Notes under the pieces: model-generated
Database searches by the model: none
What the model was told of the DNA's origin: nothing
The model's input: the letters and a program-made list of their open reading frames with translations, nothing else
Source: Octopus vulgaris
Lineage: Eukaryota
NCBI GenBank assembly: GCA_951406725.2
Contig: OX597831.1
Span: 24,056,001 to 24,120,000 of the forward strand
DNA: 64,000 nucleotides
Direction of reading: 5' to 3'
Shown here: positions 42,489 to 55,779 of the stretch, piece after piece
How positions within the stretch are numbered: position 1 is the stretch's first letter
How the letters are laid out: the number at the start of each line of letters is the position of its first letter
Program-made: the position numbers and the translations under genes

Positions 42489-43632
42489 CACATACAAACA
42501 TATGTACATACATAGATATTAAAGTTTGCTGTTATACTATAATCAAAAACAATTTTTCTAAATTGGAGAATTTTGCACCACATTTCCTAAAGTACATTTT
42601 TATTATTCTTTAACAAGAATAATATTGACTGTACCTTTGAAGCTTCAGCCAGATAATCCATCATTGGATGTATGCATATGTGTGTGCATGTATATATATA
42701 TACATGTATATATATGTGTAGATATATTTATACATCACATGTGTATATGTATATCTATGTGTATGTATATATATATATATATATATATAAATAAAAAAAA
42801 AATGCACATATCGAGCAGAGGTCGGCAATGCCTGTGCAGAGTTTTAGGTCCAATAAGGCTTGCACAACACCTCATAGACCCTCTCCACTTTATTAGCATT
42901 ATCCAGAGACAAACCGGAGCAAGATGTCTGGTGCCAATATGAGTCGCAGGCTCAGGGATGTGGGAGCGCCGTGATCTATAGCACAAACCAAAGACCCCCA
43001 AAATGTCCAATGCCATTCCCTGCATATCTGGTTTTATATCAGAGTGACCTTCTCCTAGAGACATGCTTTAACAAAAGCTGAGGGGCGCCTCACTCCCAGT
43101 GCTCTTTCAGCATGCCAGACACCACCTCGGAATTTCTGCGTACACGTGCTAATATTTATTGGATGGCTGTTGACTCTCAAGTGGTCCTCCACCCTTCCTG
43201 CGGGATGAATATATATATATATATGACAGGCTTCTTTCCATTTCCGTCTACCAAATCAACTCATAAGGCTTTGGTCGGCCTGAGGCTATAGCAGAAGACA
43301 CATGCTCAAGGTGCTATGCAGTGGGACTGAATCCAGAAACGTGGTTGGGAGGCAAGCTTCTTACCACACAGCCACTCCTGCACTTATATGTGTGTGTGTG
43401 TGTGTGTGTGTGCTGTACCATTTTTAAGGATGATGGATATAACTTTATATTTTGATAGAGGCATTTTTCTAAAATATATAAACACAATATGTGTCACAAA
43501 TGATATTCAAAACAAAATGCCCATGATACTATTATAGATATTTAATAAAATTGTAACAAATAAATAATATAATTTTTTATTTATCGTTTAAATGATAAAG
43601 GGACTTCTGAATCACCCTCTGTATACACCCCA

Positions 43633-43678
<46 letters not shown>

Positions 43679-43776
43679 TTATATATCAAGAGGAGATGTG
43701 CACTCAAATCCTACATGTTTGATGAGTCCTTTATTCAGTATGGAGTATAAAGTAATATGGTAATATCTATTTACTG

Positions 43777-44166
43777 TGGCTGTGTGTTACGTAGCTTGCT
43801 TACCAACCACATGGTTCAGTGTTCAGTTCCTCTGCATGGCACCTTGGGCAAGTGCCTTCTACTATAGTCTTGGGCCGACCAAAACCTTGTGAGTGGATTT
43901 GGTAGACAGAAACTGAAAGAAACCCATCGCATATATTTATGTGTGTGTGTGTGCGTGTGTTTGTATGTTTGTGTGTCTGTTTGCCCCCTACCATCGCTTG
44001 ACAATGGATGCTGGTGTGTTTATGTTCCTGTAACGTAGCGGTTCGGCAAAAAAGACTGATAGAATAAGTACTAGGCATACAAAGAATAAGTCCTGGGGTC
44101 GATTTGTTCGACTAAAGGCAGTGCTCCAGCATGGACACAGTCAAATGACTGAAACAAATAAAAGAA
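43777..44166 (+). mobile_element. SINE family D
   Basis: Near full-length copy. Confidence 0.87.
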
Positions 44167-44179
44167 TACACACACACAC

Positions 44180-44252
<73 letters not shown>

Positions 44253-44499
44253 TATATATATATACACACACACATACAAATATACACATACATTATATCT
44301 ATATACACACCCATAAATATATACGTATAGATATATCTATATACACACATACATAAACATACATATGTGTGTGTGTGTGTTTGTGTGTGTGGTGAGTGCA
44401 TAGATTTATGGATTTGAACTTAGGTGCTCTGTCATTTCCCTCGTCCGTTGTAGATCCTGTAATATTAGCAGTGGTAAGGGTCACATATTTAATACTGTT

Positions 44500-45307
44500 A
44501 GTTGCATGCATGCATGAACGTATGTATGCATGCATGTATGTATGTATGTATGTATGTATGTATGTGTGTGTGAGTGCTTGTACATATGTGTGTGTGTCTG
44601 TGTGTGTGTGTCTGTATCTATATGTGTGTGAGTACATGTATATATGTACGTATTTGGATATATGTATGTAGGTATACATGCATGTATGTATGAGAGTGTA
44701 GATATATGTAGGCATGTCTTTATGTATATATGTGTATGTAGGTATAAATATATATATATATATATATGTAAATATATGTGCATATATATATATGCATATA
44801 TATATAGGTATATATGTATGTGTATATATATATATATATGTATATATGTGTGTGTATATATGTATATATGTAAATATGTATGTGTGTGTATAAAACTTAT
44901 ATATATATATATATGTGTGTGTATATATGTCTATGTGTGCATGTATACATATATATATATATGTGTGTGTGTGTGTGTTTGTGTGTATGTATATATACAC
45001 ACATATTTATATACATGTATGTATAAATATATGCATATTTGAGTGTGCTGTAAAAATATGTGTATATGTGTGAGTATATATACACATATATAAAGATATA
45101 TATATGTATGAATGCTTGTATGTATACATATATACATATATACATATATATATATATATGTACACACATATGTATATATAAATGTATATATATATAAATA
45201 TATGTATATATACATACATATATATATATATTTATATATGTATTTATGTATATACATATGTATATATAATTGTACATATATATATATAAATAAATATATA
45301 TATATAA

Positions 45308-45369
<62 letters not shown>

Positions 45370-45399
45370 AATGTGTACACACATATACCCACGTACACG

Positions 45400-45462
<63 letters not shown>
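44500..45462. repeat. Degenerate (TA)/(TG)/(TATG)/(CA) tract
   Basis: ~1 kb of alternating purine-pyrimidine low complexity. Confidence 0.9.
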
Positions 45463-45464
<2 letters not shown>

Positions 45465-46135
45465 TGCACCAACGTTCGCAGTAATAACCATTCAGAGCTC
45501 TCTCCTTCATGGTTTTACTTTTGGAATCTATCAACCATATTCCCACAAGTCCTGTAAGATAATTCACACTTTTACAATTCTCTGTTTTACTATAATTCTG
45601 TATAACACTTAACGTTACTTAAGAAAAACCCGGCTTTTATTATGGCATATCTTTTTATGATCATTGTGTAGCCAGATCAGTTTCAACACAGGCTGTTTTA
45701 TATTGCATATGAGGTATATTTTCTTCTTTTCAAAATTTTATGGTGTGTTCCCATTGTTGATGATTTTCTTATCATCATTTTTGTGACTGCTGAAAACGAT
45801 ATTGTTGTCACTATTATTACAGAGGTTGTTGTTGTTGTTGCTGCTGCTGTTCTTGATGTTGTATTTGTTGTTGTTGCTGCTGTTGTTGTTGTTGTTGTTG
45901 TTGTTGTAAGGTACCATAAATGGTGGATCATAGGAAGAAAATGTCTTCTGGTATATAATTACGTCATTCGTGTTGTATGTGACTGTGTGGTAAAGAAGCT
46001 TGCTTCCTAACCGTATGGTTCTGGGTTCAGCCCCACTGCATGGCACCTAGGGCAAGTGTCTTCTACTATAGCCTCAGATTGACCACATCCTTGTGGGTGG
46101 ATTTGGTAGACAGAAACTGAAAGAAGCCTGTCGTA

Positions 46136-46179
<44 letters not shown>

Positions 46180-46190
46180 AAAATTGACTG

Positions 46191-46228
<38 letters not shown>

Positions 46229-46268
46229 CTGTCAAAAATTGTGAAGCATGACTGTCACCTCTCTTACA

Positions 46269-46313
46269 TGAACCTGAAGATTGCAGAATTTAATGCATGA
46301 AAGTACTAGTTCA
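46269..46313 (+). ncRNA. Minimal hammerhead motif with canonical core in a solo pLTR-like insert (46230-46435)
   Basis: TGAAC-CTGAAGA-TTGCA-GAATTTAA-TGCAT-GAAA-GTAC-TA-GTTCA: 5-bp stem I, palindromic AGTACT, AATAAA downstream. The first stem II pair is U-U. Confidence 0.65.
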
Positions 46314-46498
46314 ATCAGAATGAACATCTAACGTTCTATTATTTTATTTTATTTCATTATATTATATTATTTTATATCATTATAAGATTGTAAATAAAAC
46401 GTGAAAATCAGACAAGGTTGGAATTCCTTTTATTAATATATTCTTCTATACACAATCACACACACCCGTATATATATATCTATATATATATGTGTGTG

Positions 46499-46534
<36 letters not shown>

Positions 46535-46537
<3 letters not shown>

Positions 46538-46712
46538 GGAGAATTCACAAAAAAAAACAAAAGACAAAGACAGGTGGTGTAGACGACAAACTGATGTATT
46601 AGTATAATGCTTGAGAAGTGGAAAAGTCTTTAATACTTCGAGCCTAAGCTCTTCCACGGAAAGGAACACAGAAAGAAATGAGAGAAAATAAAGAATGTGT
46701 AGTGGCTCTATA
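46535..46712 (-). mobile_element. Solo pLTR-like insert with degenerate hammerhead
   Basis: Minus strand reads CTTT-CCGTGGA-A-GAGC-TTAG-GCTC-GAAG-TA-TT-AAAG; related to 48240-48458. Confidence 0.6.
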
Positions 46713-46749
46713 AATGCATATGTATCCATGTGGGTATGTATGTTTTCTG

Positions 46750-47354
46750 AGTAGCTGTGTGGTAAGTAGCTTGCTTACAAACCACAGGGTTCTGGGTCCA
46801 GTCCCACTGCGTGGCACCTTGGGCAAGTGTCTTCTACACTAGCCTCAGGCTGACCAGAGCCTTTTGAGTGGATTTGGTAGACGGAAACTGAAAGAAGCCC
46901 ATCGTATATATGTGTATATATATATATAAAGTTAATCCAAACAAAAAAGCACACAAAAAAAAAACAATGCGAGGACGTGGAACAAATATAGTATTATTGG
47001 ACGCTCAGGAAAGAAGGAGGGTTTAACGTTTCGAGCGGAGCTCTTCGTCGGAAACATAGGAGAAGGAAAGATCCAGAGAAGGGAAGAAAGAGGAAAGAAA
47101 AAAAATCGCCAACGGTACACATGAGGTCACACACACATGCATATCTATATATATATATGTATGTGTGTGTGTGTGTGTGTGTGTATGTTTGTGCATCTGT
47201 GTTTGTCCCCGTAACATAGCGGTTCGGGAAAAGAGACCAATAGAATAAGTACTAGGCTTACAAAGAATAAGTCCTGGGGTCGATTTGCTCGACTAAAGGC
47301 AGTGCTCCAGCATGGCCACAGTCAAATGACTGAAACAAGTAAAAGAGTAAAAGA
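46750..47354 (+). mobile_element. SINE family D carrying a solo pLTR insert (46930-47130) in its internal (TA)n
   Basis: 5' half at 46750-46905 and 3' half at ~47170-47354. Confidence 0.85.
47021..47055 (-). ncRNA. Minimal hammerhead-like motif (C4, extra A after A9)
   Basis: GTTT-CCGACGA-A-GAGC-TCC-GCTC-GAAA-CG-TT-AAAC. Confidence 0.55.
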
Positions 47355-47618
47355 GATACTTGCATGAGTGACACAAATTTCATTGAGGTAGATTTTCTTA
47401 CAGCATGACACTTAGTCTTCCTGTCACTAATCGTCACTTGTTTCCAACCAAAATAATACCTTCCCCCTTATGGGTCCACACATGTCATAGCATATAGCAA
47501 ATGAATGACACCACATTTGTTGAGGTAATGTTTTTTTTACTCCCTGGGCATAATATCAAACAAGACAAGGAGACAAACACACACACTTGTGCTTGTACAC
47601 ACACAGACATGTGCAAAG

Positions 47619-47663
<45 letters not shown>

Positions 47664-47759
47664 CACACACACACACACACACATACATATGGATATATAC
47701 ATATATATGTGTATATATAAATATATATATATGTATATACATATCATATATGATGTGCC

Positions 47760-48142
47760 ATACTAACACATACACCAACTAATACATACTAATACGTACT
47801 AATACATACTAATACATACACCAACCCTATACATACACACGTCCAGACCTCTCATACACACTTATACTCTCTCATACACACACACACACACACCCTTATA
47901 CATACTAATACGTACTAATACATACTAATACATACTAATACATACACCAACCCTATACATACACACGTCTAGACCTCTCATACGCACTAATACTCTCTCA
48001 TACACACACACACACACACACACACACCCTTATACATACTAATACATACTAATACATACTAATACATACACCAACCCTATACATACACACGTCCAGACCT
48101 CTCATATGCATTAATACTCTCTCATACACACACACACACCCT
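47760..48142. repeat. Minisatellite, ~125-bp unit x3
   Basis: (TACTAATACA)n-CCAACCCTATACATACACACGTCCAGACCTCTCATA..TACTCTCTCATA(CA)n repeated three times. Confidence 0.85.
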
Positions 48143-48322
48143 CATGTTGGAGCTGGTCATTCAACCCTATTATCAACCCTATTATCTCCCCTTATTTCGC
48201 TCTCGCATCTCATGTTTGATCTTTGACCTCTGGCTGAAATCAGATCGCCATGTTGATTCGTTAGTTACTGCACGCATTTTTTTTTTTTCTCTCCTTCTTT
48301 CTGTTTTTTTTCTCTCTGTGTA

Positions 48323-48360
48323 TCTTTCTGTTGAAGAGCGTAGGCTCGAAACGTTAAAGA
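48323..48360 (+). ncRNA. Minimal hammerhead-like motif (U6, extra A after A9) in a pLTR-like end (48143-48458)
   Basis: TCTTT-CTGTTGA-A-GAGC-GTAG-GCTC-GAAA-CG-TT-AAAGA. Confidence 0.55.
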
Positions 48361-48456
48361 CTTGTTTTATTTATATTTCCTGAGCGCCATACTAATACAA
48401 TTGTTTGTTTGTACTCCACCTGCCTTCGTCTTTTGCCTATTTTCATAAAGCTTCCC

Positions 48457-48495
<39 letters not shown>

Positions 48496-49096
48496 GTGTG
48501 TGTATATATATATATAAATAATATATAAATATATGCATATATACATACATATATGTACATACCTACATATCTATGTATATATACATGCATATATGGGTAC
48601 AGAACGTCAAAAAATCATGAACAAAATGAGAAGCGAGAACATAAAAAACAGAGATATAAAAAAAACGAAAATTTTTCGAACAATGATAGAAACAAATAGG
48701 AAAACGAGACAGGTAGAGAGACAGACAGACAGACAGATGTCATATATATGACAGATACACTAAATCCTGAAAGTGATGGGCTTCTTTTAGAGGTGTGTAA
48801 AACTTTAAGTTGCATGGAACAGAATCAAATTGTTTTAAATGATACATATATCTCGGGCTTTTTTCAGTTATTTACCTAATCCATTTACAGGACATTAGTT
48901 GACCCAGGGTTAAAGAAGAAGGCACAGGATGCAGCACCTTATGTGTATACCTAAGTGTGTGTGTGTGTGCCCATATTTGTGTGTGTGTGTGTGTGTGTGT
49001 GTGTAAACAGAAACAACATTGTGATAAACCAGTGATTAACTTATTGGAATCTGTAAGCAAAAGTGCTACTGTTCACAGAAAGAATAAAATGTTTAA

Positions 49097-49609
49097 TCTA
49101 TATATATAAAACTGTAGTTGTGTGAGTGTCTGTCCCCTTCGATTTAGATTCCTAACTACTCCCACATTTTGCGGTGCAGTTTAACCAAATTCGGGTATCT
49201 TATAGTCGTGATTAATATCAAGCCCGTCTGGCTATTAGCGCGCGTCTACAATGAGTCTACGATTTTAAAAATAATTTGACATCATTTTTTATTCTATTTT
49301 AATGCATAATTTTTCGTGTGTCGATGGCGGCGGAGTTGGCGTCCATGGTCACACCAGCACCTGTTTGCTTCTCCCCCTTCTTCCCTCCCTCATGAAGCTG
49401 TGCGGAAGGGAGTGTAAGGAAATCAACGTCGTAAAGCGTTGTCAAGGAGACCAGCGTTCTTTTAGAACAACGACTTCATGGCTTGAAGACACCAAAACAG
49501 AAATGGCTAAGAAAGCCCGAATTGGCATCTATAAGGGAAGTAACACTCTAAAACTGCTTATATAGTTATTTCCCTTACAAACCCGAGCAATGCCGGGCGA
49601 TACTGCTAG
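49097..49609 (+). mobile_element. Non-autonomous Helitron
   Basis: A|TC 5' end, subterminal hairpin CCCGAGC-AAT-GCCGGG, CTAG|T 3' end, no TSD, CpG-richer than the flanks. Confidence 0.85.
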
Positions 49610-50364
49610 TTCAGTATAAAAAGCTGCACATCTTTCACTTAAAATGCACCATCTCGCATTTATTTTGGAAGTCATGGATAGTCTTAGAAGAACACAGCTG
49701 GACTATGGATCACATACTCTAAGCTTAATCCATACTCGTGTTTTTGCGATGCACCCCTGAGGTAACAATAAAAATCAGCCTTCTCTGCTTTAGTTAAGTG
49801 TATGTTAACATATTGAATGTAGAGAGCCAAAATAAGTCTTGCATCCATAATGAGAAGAAAAGCCATTAACATTAAATGATAATTCTTGTTAAGAAAAGTA
49901 AGGGAGAGAACTTAAATTTTCAAATTGATTAAAATATGAATGTGGGAAGAATTTGATTTTGCCTGACTGAAATAGCTATTAACCACTCAATTTTTGAGTG
50001 GTTAACAGTATGAAAGCAGCATCTGTTCAACAGAATATCTGTTACAGCGAATAAAGCATCCTACAGATGAAAGCATGAATGAGTTTAAACTATTTTTTAA
50101 AAATTTTTTCTTTTTATTAAATACTCATGATTCAAAATGCGTTAAAAAAAATTCATATATAGAAAATATAATTATTATCCAAGAAACTTTTAGTGTTTAC
50201 GCATTTCATTAAATAGAAGCTAAGAATATGAAGTCGTGAACAAAAATACCATGCAAAGACTTTGATTTTCAAAGGTCAAACTAAAAAGAAATTAATAAAA
50301 TACCGGAAAAAATCTTTATTTTAATAGCTTTTGTAATTTTCAACATGTCTGAACACAATGAGTA

Positions 50365-51900
50365 GGTTTACACACAGACACACATACACACACATTGATG
50401 CATATATGTATATACACTTACACACACGTACACATGATAATACATATGTATGCAAATATGTATGCATACTTACACACACACACACACTCACACAAACACA
50501 TATACACACATATGTATGCATATATGCATAAATACACACACGCACTCACACAAATACATATGCACATGTATGCATATATGTATACATACTTACACACACA
50601 CATATACACATATAGTAATACACATACATATGCATATATGTATACACATTTATACACACACACACACACTCATACACACACATATGTATGCATATAAGTA
50701 TGCCTACTTACACACACACATATGCACACATAAATGTATGCATATATGTATACATACCTACACACATACATACACATATGTATGCATGTATGTATACATA
50801 CTTACACACACATACACATATACATACATATGTATGCATATGTATACACACTTACACACATGCAAACATACATATATACATACACACATATGTATGCATA
50901 TATGTATACATACTTACACACACACATATACATATGTATGTATATATCTAAATGCACTTACACACACATGCAAACTCACACACACATACACACATATGTA
51001 TGCATATATGTATACATATATGTATACATATCTACACACACATATACGCATATGTATGCATATGCATGTATGTATACATACTTACACACGTATGTATACA
51101 TACCTACACACACATATACACATATGTATGCATGTATGTATACATATATGTATACATACCTACACACACATATATGCATATGTATGCATATGCATGTATG
51201 TATGCATACTTACACACGTATGTATACATACCTACAAACACATATACACATATGTATGCATATATGTATACATATCTACACACACATATACACATATGTA
51301 TGCATGTATGTATACATACTTACACACACATACACATATACATACATATGTATGCATATGTATACACACTTACACACATGCAAACACACACACACACATA
51401 CACACATATGTATGCATATATGTATACTTACTTACACACACATATACATACATATGTATGCATATGTATACACATTTACACACACACGCACACACACATA
51501 CATACACACATATGTATGCATATATGTATACATACCTACACACACATATACACATATGTATGCATGTATGTATACATACTTACACACATGCAAACACACA
51601 CACACATACATACACACATACGTATGCATATATGTATACATACCTACACACACATATACACATATGTATGCATGTATGTATACATACTTACACACATGCA
51701 AACACACACACACATACATACACACATACGTATGCATATATGTATACATACCTACACACACATATACACATATATATGCATGTATGTATACATACTTACA
51801 CACATGCAAACACACACATACATACACATACATGCATGCATATAAGTATACATACTTACACACACACACACACATACACACACACTCACACATGCAGGCA
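50365..51900. repeat. 1.5-kb CA/TA/TG-based minisatellite with a 108-bp higher-order unit
   Basis: CATACCTACA anchors at 51531, 51639 and 51747 (108-bp spacing). Confidence 0.9.
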
Positions 51901-52949
51901 TGTAATGCTGTCAAACACAAACCGAGATACCAAAATTACAGTGATTCTTGAATTACTAACACATGGTAATACTCCAGTATGGTCATAACCATGATGGCTG
52001 AAAACGAAGTAAAGAACCAAAAAAAAAAAAAAAAAAATGCAAAGAACAAATCTATCAAGTTGTCAAACCAACATATAAGGTGTGTTATTATACGTATCAC
52101 TGGATATTTTGTCATAGCAAATTATACAATGGATAAAGTTAGAACTGACAAGCCATTTCTGAAAGCAAGCGAGCCAAAATGGAAGTAGATCTCAGTGGTT
52201 ATTTTTAATAATATATTAAAGGGACTTCAGTGTTCATTTATTTTGTTCCATTAGTCTCTTAGTATAAGATTTGTGATAAGAGAGGTAGACTTACCTATAT
52301 ATTAGAATAGTAACTAGAATTGATGAGCCGAGTTTGATTTCTGCTACTCTTGAATCAGATGTATGTATATTGTATACATTTGCGTGTTACATGAGAGAGA
52401 ATGAAATAATCTATAACTAACAGTTTGGTTAGCATTCTTCCGAGCTTCATGTATCTTTTATTATATCTTTTCCCTGTTTTAATCTAGTTTTCTATGTTTG
52501 TATAGACTGAATAATTTCATTTGTTGGAGCGATTGATTTTTGACTGTTGGATGTATGTCCTACTTACTGACCACTTCTGTTGAGAAATAGGACAAGAGCC
52601 TGTATTTTGTTGACTCAGATTCCTTGCTCAAGCTTGTAATGCAATAGTAACAGTAACGCTGCAATCTGAAATCAAAGTCATGGCTGTGTTCTAAATGGTT
52701 TTTTATCTTTGGCTTGCTTCAGTCATTAGACTGCAGCCAAGATGAGGCACTGCCTTGAAGAAATTTCAGTTGAATGAATTGCTCCTAGTACTTTTTTTAT
52801 TCTTTTAAGCCTGGTACTTACTCTGTCAGTTTATTTTGCTGAACTGCTAAGTTACAACATAAACACACCCACACTAGTTATCAAGCAGTGTTGGGAGATA
52901 AACACAGACATAAACACACACGCACACACATGTATTCATTTATATATAA

Positions 52950-53256
52950 AGCATGTATAAAGCACCATCCAAACGTGGCTGATGCCAGCGCCACCTTGAC
53001 TGGCTTCTGTGCCAGTGGCATGTAAAAAAGCACCAACTGATCGTGGCCGCTGCCAGCCTCCCCTGGCACATGTGCTGGTGGCATGTAAGAAGCACCCACT
53101 ACACTCACTGAGTGGTTGGCATTAGGAAGGGCATCCAGCTGTAGAAACACTGCCAGATCAGACTGGAGCCTGGCGCAGCCTCCTGGCTTCTCAGACCCCG
53201 GTCGAACCGTCCAACCCGTGCTAGCACAGAAGACTGACGTTAAACGATGATGATAA
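52950..53256 (+). mobile_element. RTE-type 3' UTR/tail element inside a minus-strand family D SINE
   Basis: GGAAGGGCATCCAGCTGTAGAAAC..GACGTTAAACGATGATGAT; other copies at 27381, 56484 (minus) and 58360-59095. Confidence 0.75.
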
Positions 53257-53808
53257 TGAACTGGCTTCTTATATACGAAATCTACTAACAAGGCTTTGGT
53301 CAGCTTAAGGTTATATAGTAAAGAACACTTGTCCAAGGTGCCATACAGTGGGATTGAACTCAGAACCATGTGGTTCGGAATCAAGCTTCTTTCCTCATGA
53401 CCACGCAGCAATTTATCATCATAACCATTAATTCTGTCAACAAAGACACAATACATTCTTTTCTCAAATGCTTGCGAATTATTCATTGACTCTGTATGAA
53501 TTTAATTAAATAAATTTCAGCTATACCTGTCAGTATAATAATTAGCATATTAGAAGTATATGAGAAGAAATGTACCATACCTCACTAAACATAGCCATTG
53601 TCTATGCTGATAAACTGTCGAACTGCTGTCAGATCTCAAAATTATTGTAGCTTTTGTATTATGACCTCAGAACCCTTTATTAATTACCTTGAATGACAGA
53701 AATTAGCCTAAGCTCAATTTTAAGAAAATTTCTGATAGGAATTGCTACGAGAATTTGTGTGCCAGCAGTCCAATGCAGAACTCACCTGCTGGTTTATCGT
53801 ATTATTGA

Positions 53809-54229
53809 ACTCTTTTTTACTCTTTTACTCTTTTACTTGTTTCAGTCATTTGACTGCGGCCATACTGGAGCACTGCCTTTAGTCGAGCAAATCGACCCCA
53901 TTACCTATTCTTTGCAAGCCTAGTACTTATTCTATTGGACTCTTTTTGCCAAACCACTAAGTTACGGGGACATAAATACACCAGCATCAGTTGTCAAGCG
54001 ATGTTGGGGGGACAAACACAGACACACAAAAATATACACACACATACATGTATATATATACATATATATGACGGGCTTCTTTCAGTTTCTGCTTACCAAA
54101 TCCACTCACAAGGCTTTGGTCGCCCAAGGTTATAGTAGAAGACACTTGCCCAAGGTGTCATGCAGTGGGACTGAACCCAGAACCATGTGGTTGGTAAGCA
54201 AGCTACTTACCACACAGCCACTCATGCAC
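53809..54229 (-). mobile_element. SINE family D
   Basis: Near full-length reverse-complement copy. Confidence 0.87.
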
Positions 54230-54768
54230 CTTGTTTTTTTTGTTTGTTTTTTTGATTGAATGATTTGAGAAATAATAATATAAAGAAAGATAATATTGTG
54301 TAATATTGTGTAAAAAAAAATAGATCGAAAAACTTTGATACAAGTATACGATAATGATAATAATAATAATGATGATAATGGTGATGGTGATGATGACGAT
54401 GATGATGATGGTGATGAAGATGATGATGATGATGATGGTGGTTTCAAATTTTGGCACAAAGTTCAGGGTTGGGATAAGTTGATAACATCGACCCTAGTGT
54501 TCAACTGGTACTTACTTTATTGACCCTGAAAGGATAAAATGCAAAAATCAACCTCGGCCAAAATTGAACTCAAATAATAATAATAATAATAGTGAAGTAC
54601 AAAAGATAACCTTGATTGTTACAGCCCATATACTTTGGAAAGCACTCTTCATCTAGAATGGAATAAATGTGGTAATAATTTTAGCATGAATAGCAAAATA
54701 AAAATACCCTTGCTACTCTTGGCCTCCAGAGGCAGCTGAAATAATGATATAAATGAAAAGAAACCAGA

Positions 54769-54832
<64 letters not shown>

Positions 54833-54836
<4 letters not shown>

Positions 54837-55430
54837 TAAACGTATCTGTCAAGACCTACCAAAAACTGAGCAAATATAAAGATCTTGAAATAGAAATTAG
54901 CAAAATATGGGACCTGAAGACTAATACAGTACCTCTTGTCATAGGTGCCCTGGGAATGATAGCAAAAGGGGCTGATTGCTACCTAGCTCAGATACCAGGA
55001 AACCCTAAAATGGCAGAAATTCAAAAGATATTACTCGTGGGAACCGCCCATATCCTACACATTATACTTTCTATGTAATCTCAAGTTTTAAAACAAACAT
55101 AATTTTCTTATGGTTTCTTAAACATTCTCTTGAACAACACTATGTACAAAACCAAATATATGGCACCCTAGGCCTAATACCAACATGAACTTCTAACTTG
55201 TTGTCTCTTGAGGTCTCTGGGTTAGACTTGGAGCCAACTTGTATAAATGCAAAGCAAAAGTCAAACATAAAATAATAAGAAAAAGAATCAGGAAAGTATT
55301 AGACAATTGAAAAGAACGGATAGCATGGTACTGTAGGCTGCAGGTGGCAAGCCTATTATGCAGACAAGGCTCCAGGAGTTCTAACAAAACCTGAATTAAA
55401 ATAAAATAAAATAAAATAAAATAAAATAAT
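54833..55430 (+). mobile_element. R4/Dong-type LINE 3' end (restriction-like endonuclease C-terminus plus 3' UTR) in (TAA)n
   Basis: KLSKYKDLEIEISKIWDLKTNTVPLVIGALGMI..IQKILLVGTAHIL; preceded by (TAA)n and ending in (TAAAA)n TAATAA. Confidence 0.8.
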
Positions 55431-55647
55431 AATGATTATCTTCTATGTAAATCATATTTTATTTTCTGCATAACTTTATTTGATTTTGTAAATGCACAAT
55501 CTAGAGTGTTTTTTTTTTAATGATTCATCAATCTATGTAGGGAGTTACTTTTCCCTAGGTGTCGAGAAGGCACTTGGCACAAAATGGAAACAAAATTGTT
55601 GAAAATAGAAAAACTCATAACAACAACAACTACTACTACTACTACAG

Positions 55648-55726
<79 letters not shown>

Positions 55727-55779
55727 TACTACTACTACCACTGTCCATGTTATAGGTACCCTTAAAATGCTTACACTGA

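Noticed and set aside
43705-43755. TTGATGAGTCC / AAACATGTAGG hammerhead fragments
   Set aside because: Core is incomplete on both strands; at most a very decayed pLTR end.
47760-48142. CRISPR-like repeat array
   Set aside because: Units are tandem duplicates without unique spacers; eukaryotic context with no cas genes.
50450-51988. 512-aa and 405-aa His/Thr/Tyr/Ile-rich ORFs
   Set aside because: Translations of an alternating purine-pyrimidine minisatellite that rarely forms stop codons and is open in several frames at once.
52230-52390. Minus-strand YIGKST (GIY-YIG-like), also readable as an atatag|gtaagt ratchet site
   Set aside because: Too short and degenerate for either call, with no polypyrimidine tract.
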